In this document: positions 16,913-25,244 of the stretch, in pieces
How positions within the stretch are numbered: position 1 is the stretch's first letter
How the letters are laid out: each line of letters begins with the position of its first letter
Assembly (NCBI GenBank): GCA_041395025.1
Contig: JAWLBH010000001.1
Coordinates: forward strand, 180,001 to 212,000
Reading direction: 5' to 3'
DNA from: Chlamydiales bacterium
GTDB taxonomy: Bacteria > Chlamydiota > Chlamydiia > Chlamydiales > JAAKFR01
Length of the DNA: 32,000 nucleotides
The notes under the pieces: generated by a model
What the model saw: the letters and a program-made list of their open reading frames with translations, nothing else
What the model was told of the DNA's origin: nothing
The model's database searches: none
Position numbers and translations under genes: made by a program

Positions 16913-18308
16913 GGCACTTCCTCAACAATGACCCTACCTCCTTGGATTGCTATGATACGGACTCGACATCCTTTACCTATGAATTTGCCATTACTCAGGA
17001 CATCATCACTCACACCTTGGATTTCTATTTTTCCAGCAGTCCGCAAAGGAGATGTAACCACACCGACAGTATCAACCTCGGGCAGTCGATCTGAACAAGC
17101 TATGTAGCCTGTTTGTTCTTCTTTTAAGATCAAAGAAGAGAAATTAAAGCGTGGAATAATATATTTTACTAGCAAACCAATGATAATCATACCAATAACT
17201 AATGAAACTGATAACCAAAAGATTCTTTCAATCACATATTTACCTACTCCATTTAATGTATGGGTTTGAAAAACAAAAGTCATTTCTTTGATACTAGGAA
17301 GTAAGAAAAATTCAATCATCATTAACAACACCCCAGCTGAAAAAATAATGACATCCAACCAATTAGCTACTTCTAGAGAAAAACTGGAGACAATCATCAA
17401 TGCTAAACAAGTGAAGGCAACTAATCCGGGAAGACCAACACCTGGAGTACTGATTTCTATATAAAAACCTAAAAAGACGCTTAAGAATAAAATTGAAGTC
17501 ACAATTGGTGAACTCAATAAAATAAAAAACTGAGTTTTCCAAACTATCGAATATGTTTTTACAATTGCATGAAGAATTTTATTAAAAAATGCATCAGTAA
17601 AGAGAAGTTCTTGACTCATTGGCCACTCTCCTTCTCTTATGATTTGGAGAAGTCTATTAGGTAGGAAAGCAAGATCATCTACACCTAATTCACTCGTTTC
17701 CTCGGAAATTAAAGTAAGAAGTTTGCCTTTTTTCGTGATCACTCGTTCCATGGGTTTCGATTTCCTTCTCATGACTCACTTCCATGATCATACCACCACG
17801 GATAACCAAAATCAAATCATCATCCACTATTGCTTTAGCAATCAAAGAATTTCGATCAAAAAAAAATGCGCAATTTGCCAAATCTGTTCGAATAGCAGAA
17901 TTAATTTTTTCTGATGCTACCTCTCCTGTCTTTAAAACAGGAGCTGCTGCTCCCATACATAACGGACACGAATAAGCCAGCACCTGCAAAGAGTGCCCAA
18001 TGATTGTCGGCGTATCTGTTTCCTTCAAAAGATTAGGAATTTCTTGTACAGGAAACATCTCACCACCCGGGGTATCTAGTTCTAAAATAATAAAAATAGG
18101 TTTAAGACGATCACATAGTCATTGATGGCTTGTTTTATACAAAAATAGGTAGCTGAATTGATTGAGTATGATCTCCGATATAAATATGGCTAATATAATT
18201 TATTCCTTCTTCTTTGTATTGGATATCGTTCTCTAAACTCTGATACACTACTGCCTCAGAAGCAAATAAACGATTCACGAATAATATGGATAAGAAAAAC
18301 TGCCTCAT
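16909..18308 (-). pseudogene. nfeD: NfeD-family membrane-bound ClpP-class serine protease, disrupted (pseudogene or split gene)
   Basis: Three fragments lie in different frames. (a) 18135-18308: MRQFFLSILFVNRLFASEA...ISHIYIGDHTQSIQLPIFV*, a signal peptide plus the start of the protease domain, ending in TAA at 18135-18137. (b) The next frame has a TGA at 18119-18121. It then reads LCDRLKPIFIILELDTPGGEMFPVQEI...MGAAAPV...DRNSLIAKAIV, with LDTPGG and GAA.PV being NfeD/ClpP-class motifs, and stops at 17690. (c) 16909-17772 encodes 4-5 TM segments plus a C-terminal OB-fold-like NfeD domain (VGVVTSPLRTAGKIEIQGVSDDVLSNGKFIGKGCRVRIIAIQGGRVIVEE). Fragments b and c overlap by 83 nt in different frames. 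Confidence 0.75.
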
Positions 18309-18313
18309 CTATA

Positions 18314-19588
18314 TCATTTAAGAAAAGCCAAAATACAATCCCGCGCTCTTTCTAAATTTTCCTTATTGTGAACAGAGGAGATAAAATTTGCTTCAAATTG
18401 AGAAGGCGAAATGTAAATGCCTTGTTCAAAAAGAGTGTCAAAATAACGACTAAAAGCTTGAGAATCGCATTTTTTGACATCTTCGATATCCTGTACAGAT
18501 TTTTGTCCTAAAAAGAGAGTAAAAAGAGAACCTACCTGATAGAGACAGCCGTTCATTGTTTTCATTGCTTCACAAATTGGATCTGTCAGCAAAGAAGTCA
18601 TATTGGCAATTCTATCATAAAATCCAGGAGTTGCACAAATTTCAAGTGTCCGCAACCCAGCCTCCATAGCGACTGGATTCCCCGAAAGAGTTCCTGCTTG
18701 ATAGACTGGGCCAACAGGAGCAAGATAATCCATAATCTCACTTCTGCCTCCAAAAGCTGCTGCAGGAAATCCTCCTCCAATAATTTTCCCAAAACAAGTT
18801 AAATCAGGCTTAATTTGATAAAGCTCTTGTGCTCCACCCAAAGCAACACGAAATCCTGTAATCACCTCATCAAAAATTAATACTGCCCCTACATCGTGCG
18901 TTTTCTCTCTTAAGAATTCTAAATATCCATCCTTTGGTGGAACAACTCCCATATTTGCTGCAATGGGTTCAATGATCACAGCTGCAATCTGTTCACCATA
19001 TTTAGAAAAAGTTTCTTCAAGTACTTTAACATTATTGTAGGGTAGAGAAAGAGTATGTTTAACAACATCTGAAGGAATTCCTCTGACAGACGATGAGATA
19101 GTCGCTGCACTTGATCCAGCTTCAACAAGAAAAGGGTCAGCATGTCCATGATAATGGCCAGAAAATTTAATCAATAAATCTCTTTTAGTAAATCCACGAG
19201 CTAGCCTGACTGCACTCATTGTCGCTTCAGTTCCTGACGAGACAAAACGCACTTTTTCTACAGAAGGGACACATTGATTGACCATCTGAGCTAGTTTAGT
19301 TTCAACAGCTGTACTGATTCCAAAAGAGCTTCCCCTCTCCACCTGTTGCTGAACTCCTTTGGTTACAAATGGATGGGCATGTCCATGAATCAAAGCTCCC
19401 CAAGAACAACAAAAATCGATATAAGTATTGCCATCTACATCAGTGATCCTATCACCATTACCCGAATCAATAATCATAGGTTTTTGATTTAATCCAATAA
19501 AAGCACGAACAGGTGAATTGACTCCAAAAGGTGTCACACGACAGGCATCACGATAGATTTGTTCACTTTTCAAACGTTGTTTGATCAA
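18314..19588 (-). CDS. hemL: glutamate-1-semialdehyde 2,1-aminomutase
   Basis: 424-aa ORF. Motifs seen are GVNSPVRAF, VSSGTEATMSAVRLARG, and FDEVITGFRVALGGAQ followed by the PLP-lysine context CFGKIIGGGFP. The apparent start is TTG at 19588, 2 nt after the stop of the upstream ORF. Confidence 0.95.
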   Translation of the reverse strand: MIKQRLKSEQIYRDACRVTPFGVNSPVRAFIGLNQKPMIIDSGNGDRITDVDGNTYIDFCCSWGALIHGHAHPFVTKGVQQQVERGSSFGISTAVETKLAQMVNQCVPSVEKVRFVSSGTEATMSAVRLARGFTKRDLLIKFSGHYHGHADPFLVEAGSSAATISSSVRGIPSDVVKHTLSLPYNNVKVLEETFSKYGEQIAAVIIEPIAANMGVVPPKDGYLEFLREKTHDVGAVLIFDEVITGFRVALGGAQELYQIKPDLTCFGKIIGGGFPAAAFGGRSEIMDYLAPVGPVYQAGTLSGNPVAMEAGLRTLEICATPGFYDRIANMTSLLTDPICEAMKTMNGCLYQVGSLFTLFLGQKSVQDIEDVKKCDSQAFSRYFDTLFEQGIYISPSQFEANFISSVHNKENLERARDCILAFLK

Positions 19589-19590
19589 TT

Positions 19591-20085
19591 TTATATTTTT
19601 CTTGGATTAGGATAATGTTCTTGTTCAGGTAAAAGCTGATTCAATTGTTCAACAATCAAGGAAAACTGTAGAATTCCCTCTTGAGCTGAAATTTTTTTTC
19701 CTACCTGTTCCCATAATGTTAGTGAATCATGAAACAGGGAAGTTTCATCCTGAATTGTTAAATGATTTACTCTAAGTTCTTGATTAAGATAATATTCAAA
19801 TGCAACAATTTCTCCTCTTAAAAAACTGTCCAATGAATCTATTTCCACTATCGGATAGGGAATAGCAAGAGATTGATTCAATATTTCAATTAAACGATTC
19901 ACTTCAAAAGCTCCCTTATTTGCAGTGATCTTTTGCATTTCTAACTGATTTATTAGATCTAAGCATTGCAATCTTGCTTCTTCGACTTTTTTGTTTTCAA
20001 GAAGATCTGATTCTTTAGAAAGATTTAGAAATAAAAGAAGAGCTTGAATAGAATAGGCGACTTTTTCACAATTCAAAAAGCCCAT
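19591..20085 (-). CDS. hypothetical protein (164 aa), first gene of the hemL transcription unit
   Basis: Clean ORF with an ATG start and a predicted mostly helical, Leu/Glu/Gln-rich product. It has no TM segment, no signal peptide and no motif I recognise. Its stop is 2 nt from the hemL start. Confidence 0.5.
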   Translation of the reverse strand: MGFLNCEKVAYSIQALLLFLNLSKESDLLENKKVEEARLQCLDLINQLEMQKITANKGAFEVNRLIEILNQSLAIPYPIVEIDSLDSFLRGEIVAFEYYLNQELRVNHLTIQDETSLFHDSLTLWEQVGKKISAQEGILQFSLIVEQLNQLLPEQEHYPNPRKI

Positions 20086-20256
20086 AATTATTTCATCTCT
20101 TGAGTTTGAGATTTAAATATTTTATGACACGCAATTTTTAAGAAACATTTGAACATGAACCCTTTAAAAAGTGGAAACTAGACAATTAAAATGGAAAACC
20201 ATCACAATTCTTAGGTTAGCTAAAGAACAGAAAACTAGCAATATTTATGGTGTTTC

Positions 20257-21996
20257 ATGATGAAATGTTTTTTGTTTCTTTTTTTTCTTTCCTTCTCTTC
20301 GCCATTTTTTGCGTACCATATTTCATTTGAAGGCGATTTACCAGAAGAAATTTTTACGACAATTTCCGCAGCTTCTCAGCTCAACAACGATTATAATCAT
20401 CCTCCTCCTACATTTTTTATTTTGAAAAAACAAGCAGAAAAAGATAAGAAAACACTTTTACAAGTCTTACATGCATTTGGTTATTATGATGGAGAGATTG
20501 AAATACACTACTCTGGCCAATTTCCTAATACAACTGTGCATATCTTCTTCAATCTAGGTCAAGCCTATACATTTGACGCAATTACTATCTTAGATCAAGA
20601 GAAATTGGCTCTTTGTTTAGATACATCTACCTTCAAACTGAAAATTGGAGACCCAGCTCATTCCAATTCTGTTATTGAAACACAAGAAGAAATTTTAATG
20701 CAGATGCATAGTTTTGGGTATCCTCTTGCCCTAGTTCATGATCGAAAAGTTCTTGTCGACCAAGAGAACAAGTCAGTCTCTGTGACTTATATTGTCCAAT
20801 CTGGACCGCTTGCCTATTTTGGAAATCTTGAATTAAATGGTTTGAATAAAGTGAAACGAAGATACATTGATCGGAAAATTGCTTGGAAAACTGGCGAAAT
20901 CTATAACCCAAAACTTGTCTCTTGTACAGATAACTTTTTAAAAGAATCAGGGCTTTTCTCTTTTGTAACAGTTCGATCTGCTGATTTTGTTGACGAAAAT
21001 GGTTATCTACCTATGTATATTCAGCTGCAAGAAAAAAACTATCGTCATATTGGTGCTGGAATTAGCTATAGTACCGACGAATCCATTGGATTAATGGCTC
21101 AGTGGGGTCATGATAATTTTACTGGTTGGGGAGATACTCTTGCCTTAAATGGAGAGTATTCGGAAATCATCCAGAGAGCCACTTTGATTTATGCCATACC
21201 CGATATCTTTGGTAAAGATCACAACCTCCTTTATTCAGCTGAAGCAAGGCGTGAAAACACCCCTGGGTTTATTGAAAAAGAAATTAGTTTTTTAATCCGG
21301 TTTAATAAACAAGTTAACCCTCTTTTCTTTTTAGATTATGCAGGTCGTTATGAAAGGTTACTGAGTACTAAGTCAGACAATAATTCAAACTATAACCTCT
21401 TAAGTTCTCCTATTCAATTGCGTTTTGATACTTCAAACAATTTGTTAAATCCTACAAGTGGCACAACAATTGCTTATTTTTTTACTCCTTATCAAGCGAT
21501 TTTTAACTCGCATATTAATTTTTTAAGACAAGAACTTTTAGTGAACACCTATCAACCTCTTCTACAATCTGGCAAAATTCTGTTGGCAATTTCTTTACAA
21601 ATCGGAGCAATTTTAGGACAATCTCGATATGAAATTCCTGCACCAAAACGATTTTATGCTGGTTCTGCAACTAGTTTAAGGGGATATAAATATCTCTCAG
21701 TTTCTCCATTAGAAGGCGATAAACCTATTGGAGGCTCTTCTTTGATGATTGGATCGATTGAACCACGATTTCAAGTTTGGGATAAAATTTATCTCGCGCC
21801 ATTTTATGATATCGGGAATGTTTATGCTTCCTCTCTTCCTCGTTTTGATAAAAAGGTGCTCACTTCAACTGGGATTGGAATACGTTATTTAACTTCTCTT
21901 GGCCCTTTTTGTGTTGATATTGGATTTCCTATAAATAAACGCAAAGGCATTGACAAAACATTTCAAATCTACGCAAGTTTAGGACAAAAATTTTGA
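20257..21996 (+). CDS. tamA: Omp85-family outer membrane protein, TamA-like (translocation and assembly module subunit A)
   Basis: 579-aa ORF with a signal peptide (MMKCFLFLFFLSFSSPFFA). POTRA-like N-terminal modules are present (LLQVLHAFGYYDGEIEI, YFGNLELNGLNKV). The C-terminal barrel carries RFYAGSATSLRGYKY and ends in an aromatic (GQKF). A TamB-like gene follows after a 4-nt gap. Confidence 0.7.
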   Translation: MMKCFLFLFFLSFSSPFFAYHISFEGDLPEEIFTTISAASQLNNDYNHPPPTFFILKKQAEKDKKTLLQVLHAFGYYDGEIEIHYSGQFPNTTVHIFFNLGQAYTFDAITILDQEKLALCLDTSTFKLKIGDPAHSNSVIETQEEILMQMHSFGYPLALVHDRKVLVDQENKSVSVTYIVQSGPLAYFGNLELNGLNKVKRRYIDRKIAWKTGEIYNPKLVSCTDNFLKESGLFSFVTVRSADFVDENGYLPMYIQLQEKNYRHIGAGISYSTDESIGLMAQWGHDNFTGWGDTLALNGEYSEIIQRATLIYAIPDIFGKDHNLLYSAEARRENTPGFIEKEISFLIRFNKQVNPLFFLDYAGRYERLLSTKSDNNSNYNLLSSPIQLRFDTSNNLLNPTSGTTIAYFFTPYQAIFNSHINFLRQELLVNTYQPLLQSGKILLAISLQIGAILGQSRYEIPAPKRFYAGSATSLRGYKYLSVSPLEGDKPIGGSSLMIGSIEPRFQVWDKIYLAPFYDIGNVYASSLPRFDKKVLTSTGIGIRYLTSLGPFCVDIGFPINKRKGIDKTFQIYASLGQKF

Positions 21997-22000
21997 GATT

Positions 22001-24628
22001 ATGAAAAAAATCATTCAAAAGCTGTTCTTATTTTTCTTTCTAATAGTCATCCTGACTTTCTTACTTTTTCAAACTTCATTTGGAAAAGAGAAAATTCGAA
22101 AATGGATTGAAAAAAAAATGGAAGGAAGTCTTGTGATAGGCAAGATAGAAGGAATATTTCCTTTTTGGCTCCATATGCATGATGTCCAATATCAAAATGA
22201 AACGATCAAACTCAACTCTACAACGATTGAGCTTTTGTTTTCTCCTATCTCTTTGCTTTTTGGTAAAATTTCAGTTCTAAAGCTCTATGTTGATCAAATG
22301 AATCTAGATACTTCAAAAAATATAGCTCCCACCTCTTTAAACCAACCATGTATACTGCTTCCAATTACCTTTCAATCAATTGAAATTCCCTCTCTTAACT
22401 TGAATGAATTTAAAAATATTTCCCTTAAAGGAAGAGGAGAAATAAGTAAGAATATTGCTTTATATTTTACTGCTCATTATCAAGGTGGATTTTTTCAATT
22501 TAGAATAGAGAGAAAATCACAGGAAAAGATGATCGAAATCGATGGACGGTTTAAAAAGAATCGAGAAATAAACATCTATCTTTCTGGTGCTTATGAAGCT
22601 AACAAGAAGATTTTGACGGGGAAAATCTCTGGCAATATGTATGCTTGGCAAGTAAAAACTTACTTATGTCTTTCTGAGTCTGATCTTAATCTTACAAATA
22701 CTATAATTGAAAAAGATGATCTTCTTATCTCTGGTTCTTTGTCTTTCAATCTCAATACCCATTTTTTTGAAGGAGATGGATTTTTTTTAGAACAGGCTTA
22801 TTCTACAAAAGGCGTGATGAATTGGAATAGAGGTGAAGTGAGTTTATCGGACTTTTTCCTTGAATATTTCGGAAATACTCTTCATAGCGATTTAGCCTAC
22901 TCGTCAAATACAAATACTCTAACTGGTGCACTTGCTCTCGATTTAAAAAATTCTTTTCAAGACTCTATCCAAGGAGTTGTAAGTGGAAACTTATCAATTA
23001 AACCAGAAGAAAAGCTATTTACAATCTTAGGACGTGATATTACATGGAAAGATCTTACCTTTTCAGAAATGCATCTTGATGCAAAAGTTAGAGAAGAACA
23101 ACTAAGCTTTTCATTACATCTTAAAGATTTCATCATGCTTGATCCTGCCTATGAGGTCTTTCCTACTACTCATCTTAATTTAAATGGAGAAGCCACAAAA
23201 AAACAATTGACTCTGCAGGGTGAGGTTTTAGGGCTAGGTAGCGAGCCTTTTACCCTTTTGGCTGATCTACCTATTCATTTCTCTTTAATACCTTTTGATA
23301 TCACTATAAATCCTAACCATCCCTTTTCTATTTCTTTAAAAGGAAAAGGATCTATCGATCCTATTCTTGCATTTCTTGAAAATGGTTCTTTGATGGCTCA
23401 TGGAGACATTGATATGAACCTCGCTTTGCATGGTCATTGGAATGAACCACAAATCAAAGGAACTCTTCTCTACGAAAATGGACGTATTGAAAGTTTAGCT
23501 ACAGGCGCAATTTTTGAAAATATTCGCATGGAAGCTGTTGGGGAAAATCATTTGCTAAAAATCCAATCAATGACTGCTAGTGATTCAGAACAAGGCAAAT
23601 TAGTAGGATCTGGACAAATTGAATGGAATCCTGAGAAGAACTTCCCATTTAAATGGATCATTCAATTAGACAAATTTCACCTTCTGACAGTTGATCTCTT
23701 AACCATGTCTGCTAATGCAGATCTTAGCCTATCCGGAAATGTTAAAGAAATGTCTATTCAAGGGACAGCAAATATTGTTGAGGGAGAGCTGACTATTCCT
23801 AATAAAATGCCATTGCATATCCCCACTCTTGAAGTTACCTATATCAACCTTCTACCTACTGCGAAACCTGAAATCGAAACATCCCCTCCAATCATTCCAA
23901 TCTCCCTGGATCTTCAAATTCAAATTCCTAAACGATTTTATATTAATGGACGTGGCTTAAATTCCGAATGGTCAGGACATATTCATATACACGGTCTTCA
24001 AGATGCTCTAGAATACTTAGGGGAAATTAAACTCCTCCAAGGGCGTTTTTCTCTCATTGGGAAAACATTTGATTTAGTCGAAGGAAAAATTCTCATTCAT
24101 GGCTTGGATCCGAAAAATATTCTAGTCGATCTTAAAGGTGATCTTGATCTTTCTACGATCACTGCTTCGATTAATGTGAGTGGAAACCTTGATGCGACCC
24201 ATCTTGTTTTTACTTCAAATCCTCCAATGGACACGAATCAAATTCTTTCACAAATTTTATTCAATCAAGGAATCAATGAATTAACTCCTTTTCAAGCTTG
24301 CCGCCTTGCTAGTATTCTTGTGCAGCTCTCAGGAAAGTATGCTGGTCCTACAATTTGGAATAATATTAAGGCAGGATTAGGAATCGATGTATTTGATATT
24401 ACCAACTGTGATCTTAACTCAGCTGATCTAACTTTCCAATTTGGGAAATATATTTCTCAAGGCACGTTCGTTGGTGTAAGTAAAAGCTTATCTGGGGATT
24501 TCGACTCAGTCTTAATTCAAACGCGTCTATATCATGACTTCTATCTCCAAGCGAATTATGGAGGTTCATTGAATAGCTTAACTCCAAGTGGTGGCAAGAT
24601 CATTTTCAAATGGTATAAATCTTATTGA
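22001..24628 (+). CDS. tamB: TamB-like protein (DUF490/AsmA-like, translocation and assembly module subunit B)
   Basis: 875-aa ORF with a single N-terminal anchor (LFLFFFLIVILTFLLF) and a long beta-rich body. The C-terminal DUF490-like pattern is LTFQFGKYISQGTFVGVSKSL...LIQTRLYHDFYLQANYG. It is paired with the tamA-like gene. Confidence 0.65.
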   Translation: MKKIIQKLFLFFFLIVILTFLLFQTSFGKEKIRKWIEKKMEGSLVIGKIEGIFPFWLHMHDVQYQNETIKLNSTTIELLFSPISLLFGKISVLKLYVDQMNLDTSKNIAPTSLNQPCILLPITFQSIEIPSLNLNEFKNISLKGRGEISKNIALYFTAHYQGGFFQFRIERKSQEKMIEIDGRFKKNREINIYLSGAYEANKKILTGKISGNMYAWQVKTYLCLSESDLNLTNTIIEKDDLLISGSLSFNLNTHFFEGDGFFLEQAYSTKGVMNWNRGEVSLSDFFLEYFGNTLHSDLAYSSNTNTLTGALALDLKNSFQDSIQGVVSGNLSIKPEEKLFTILGRDITWKDLTFSEMHLDAKVREEQLSFSLHLKDFIMLDPAYEVFPTTHLNLNGEATKKQLTLQGEVLGLGSEPFTLLADLPIHFSLIPFDITINPNHPFSISLKGKGSIDPILAFLENGSLMAHGDIDMNLALHGHWNEPQIKGTLLYENGRIESLATGAIFENIRMEAVGENHLLKIQSMTASDSEQGKLVGSGQIEWNPEKNFPFKWIIQLDKFHLLTVDLLTMSANADLSLSGNVKEMSIQGTANIVEGELTIPNKMPLHIPTLEVTYINLLPTAKPEIETSPPIIPISLDLQIQIPKRFYINGRGLNSEWSGHIHIHGLQDALEYLGEIKLLQGRFSLIGKTFDLVEGKILIHGLDPKNILVDLKGDLDLSTITASINVSGNLDATHLVFTSNPPMDTNQILSQILFNQGINELTPFQACRLASILVQLSGKYAGPTIWNNIKAGLGIDVFDITNCDLNSADLTFQFGKYISQGTFVGVSKSLSGDFDSVLIQTRLYHDFYLQANYGGSLNSLTPSGGKIIFKWYKSY

Positions 24629-24637
24629 GAAAAATGA

Positions 24638-24967
24638 TCATTCACTAAAAGCTGATGAGCGGTGATCTCCATGACACCTAGAGCATTTTTGAGAATTCGC
24701 CCCTCCTTTTCTAAACGATAGACAATGATTACGATCATAAAATCTTGAAATCGGATAAGGTGATGGATTGAAATAACGGTTCACAGGAAGAGTATAAGGA
24801 TAGTCATTAATGTTAATATAGCCGTAAAAATCTTGATGACTATCGGCCCAGCCTGGATTGTAATAGCGATCACGCAAACAAGGACGCCCACACCAATAAG
24901 CCTCTAAAGGAGAAATTGTCAATAAAGAAAGAAATAAACTAACCAATAGTATTTTCATACTACTCAT
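24638..24967 (-). CDS. hypothetical small secreted protein, Tyr/Pro/Asn-rich with several Cys
   Basis: 109-aa ORF with a signal peptide (MKILLVSLFLSLLTISPLEA). The mature part is rich in Y, P, N and R (RYYNPGWADSHQDFYGYININDYPYTLPVNRYFNPSPYPISRFYDRN) and has 6 Cys. I recognise no family. The start could be the ATG at 24967 or at 24958. Confidence 0.45.
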   Translation of the reverse strand: MSSMKILLVSLFLSLLTISPLEAYWCGRPCLRDRYYNPGWADSHQDFYGYININDYPYTLPVNRYFNPSPYPISRFYDRNHCLSFRKGGANSQKCSRCHGDHRSSAFSE

Positions 24968-25244
24968 TATAGTAGATTTTTAAAAACTTTAGTATAAATA
25001 TTTAATTATATTAAAACTATTTATTTAAACTTTTTAAAATCAAATTCTTATGATTTTCATAGAAAAATGCATTCGATCCATCGATTTTCACCAATTTTTC
25101 CTTCTATCTAAAGAGGAACAAGTGATAAGTATATGATACTTAAAAGAAGATTACTAAATTTTAAATGAAGATTAGATATGCAATCCAAAAATCAGAATAA
25201 TAGACTAGCAAGTTCTTAAAAGAGGAATCTGGAAGATATTTTGA

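Noticed and set aside
17639-17975. Plus-strand ORFs of 91 aa and 63 aa (17639-17914 and 17784-17975)
   Set aside because: They are antisense shadows of the nfeD remnant, with no motifs and no RBS.
25125-25141. Short hairpin TAAGTAT-ATG-ATACTTA downstream of ispG as a possible terminator
   Set aside because: The stem is only 7 bp and A/T-rich. It lies about 100 nt past the stop and has no following U-tract on the minus strand. It is not distinguishable from chance in this AT-rich spacer.
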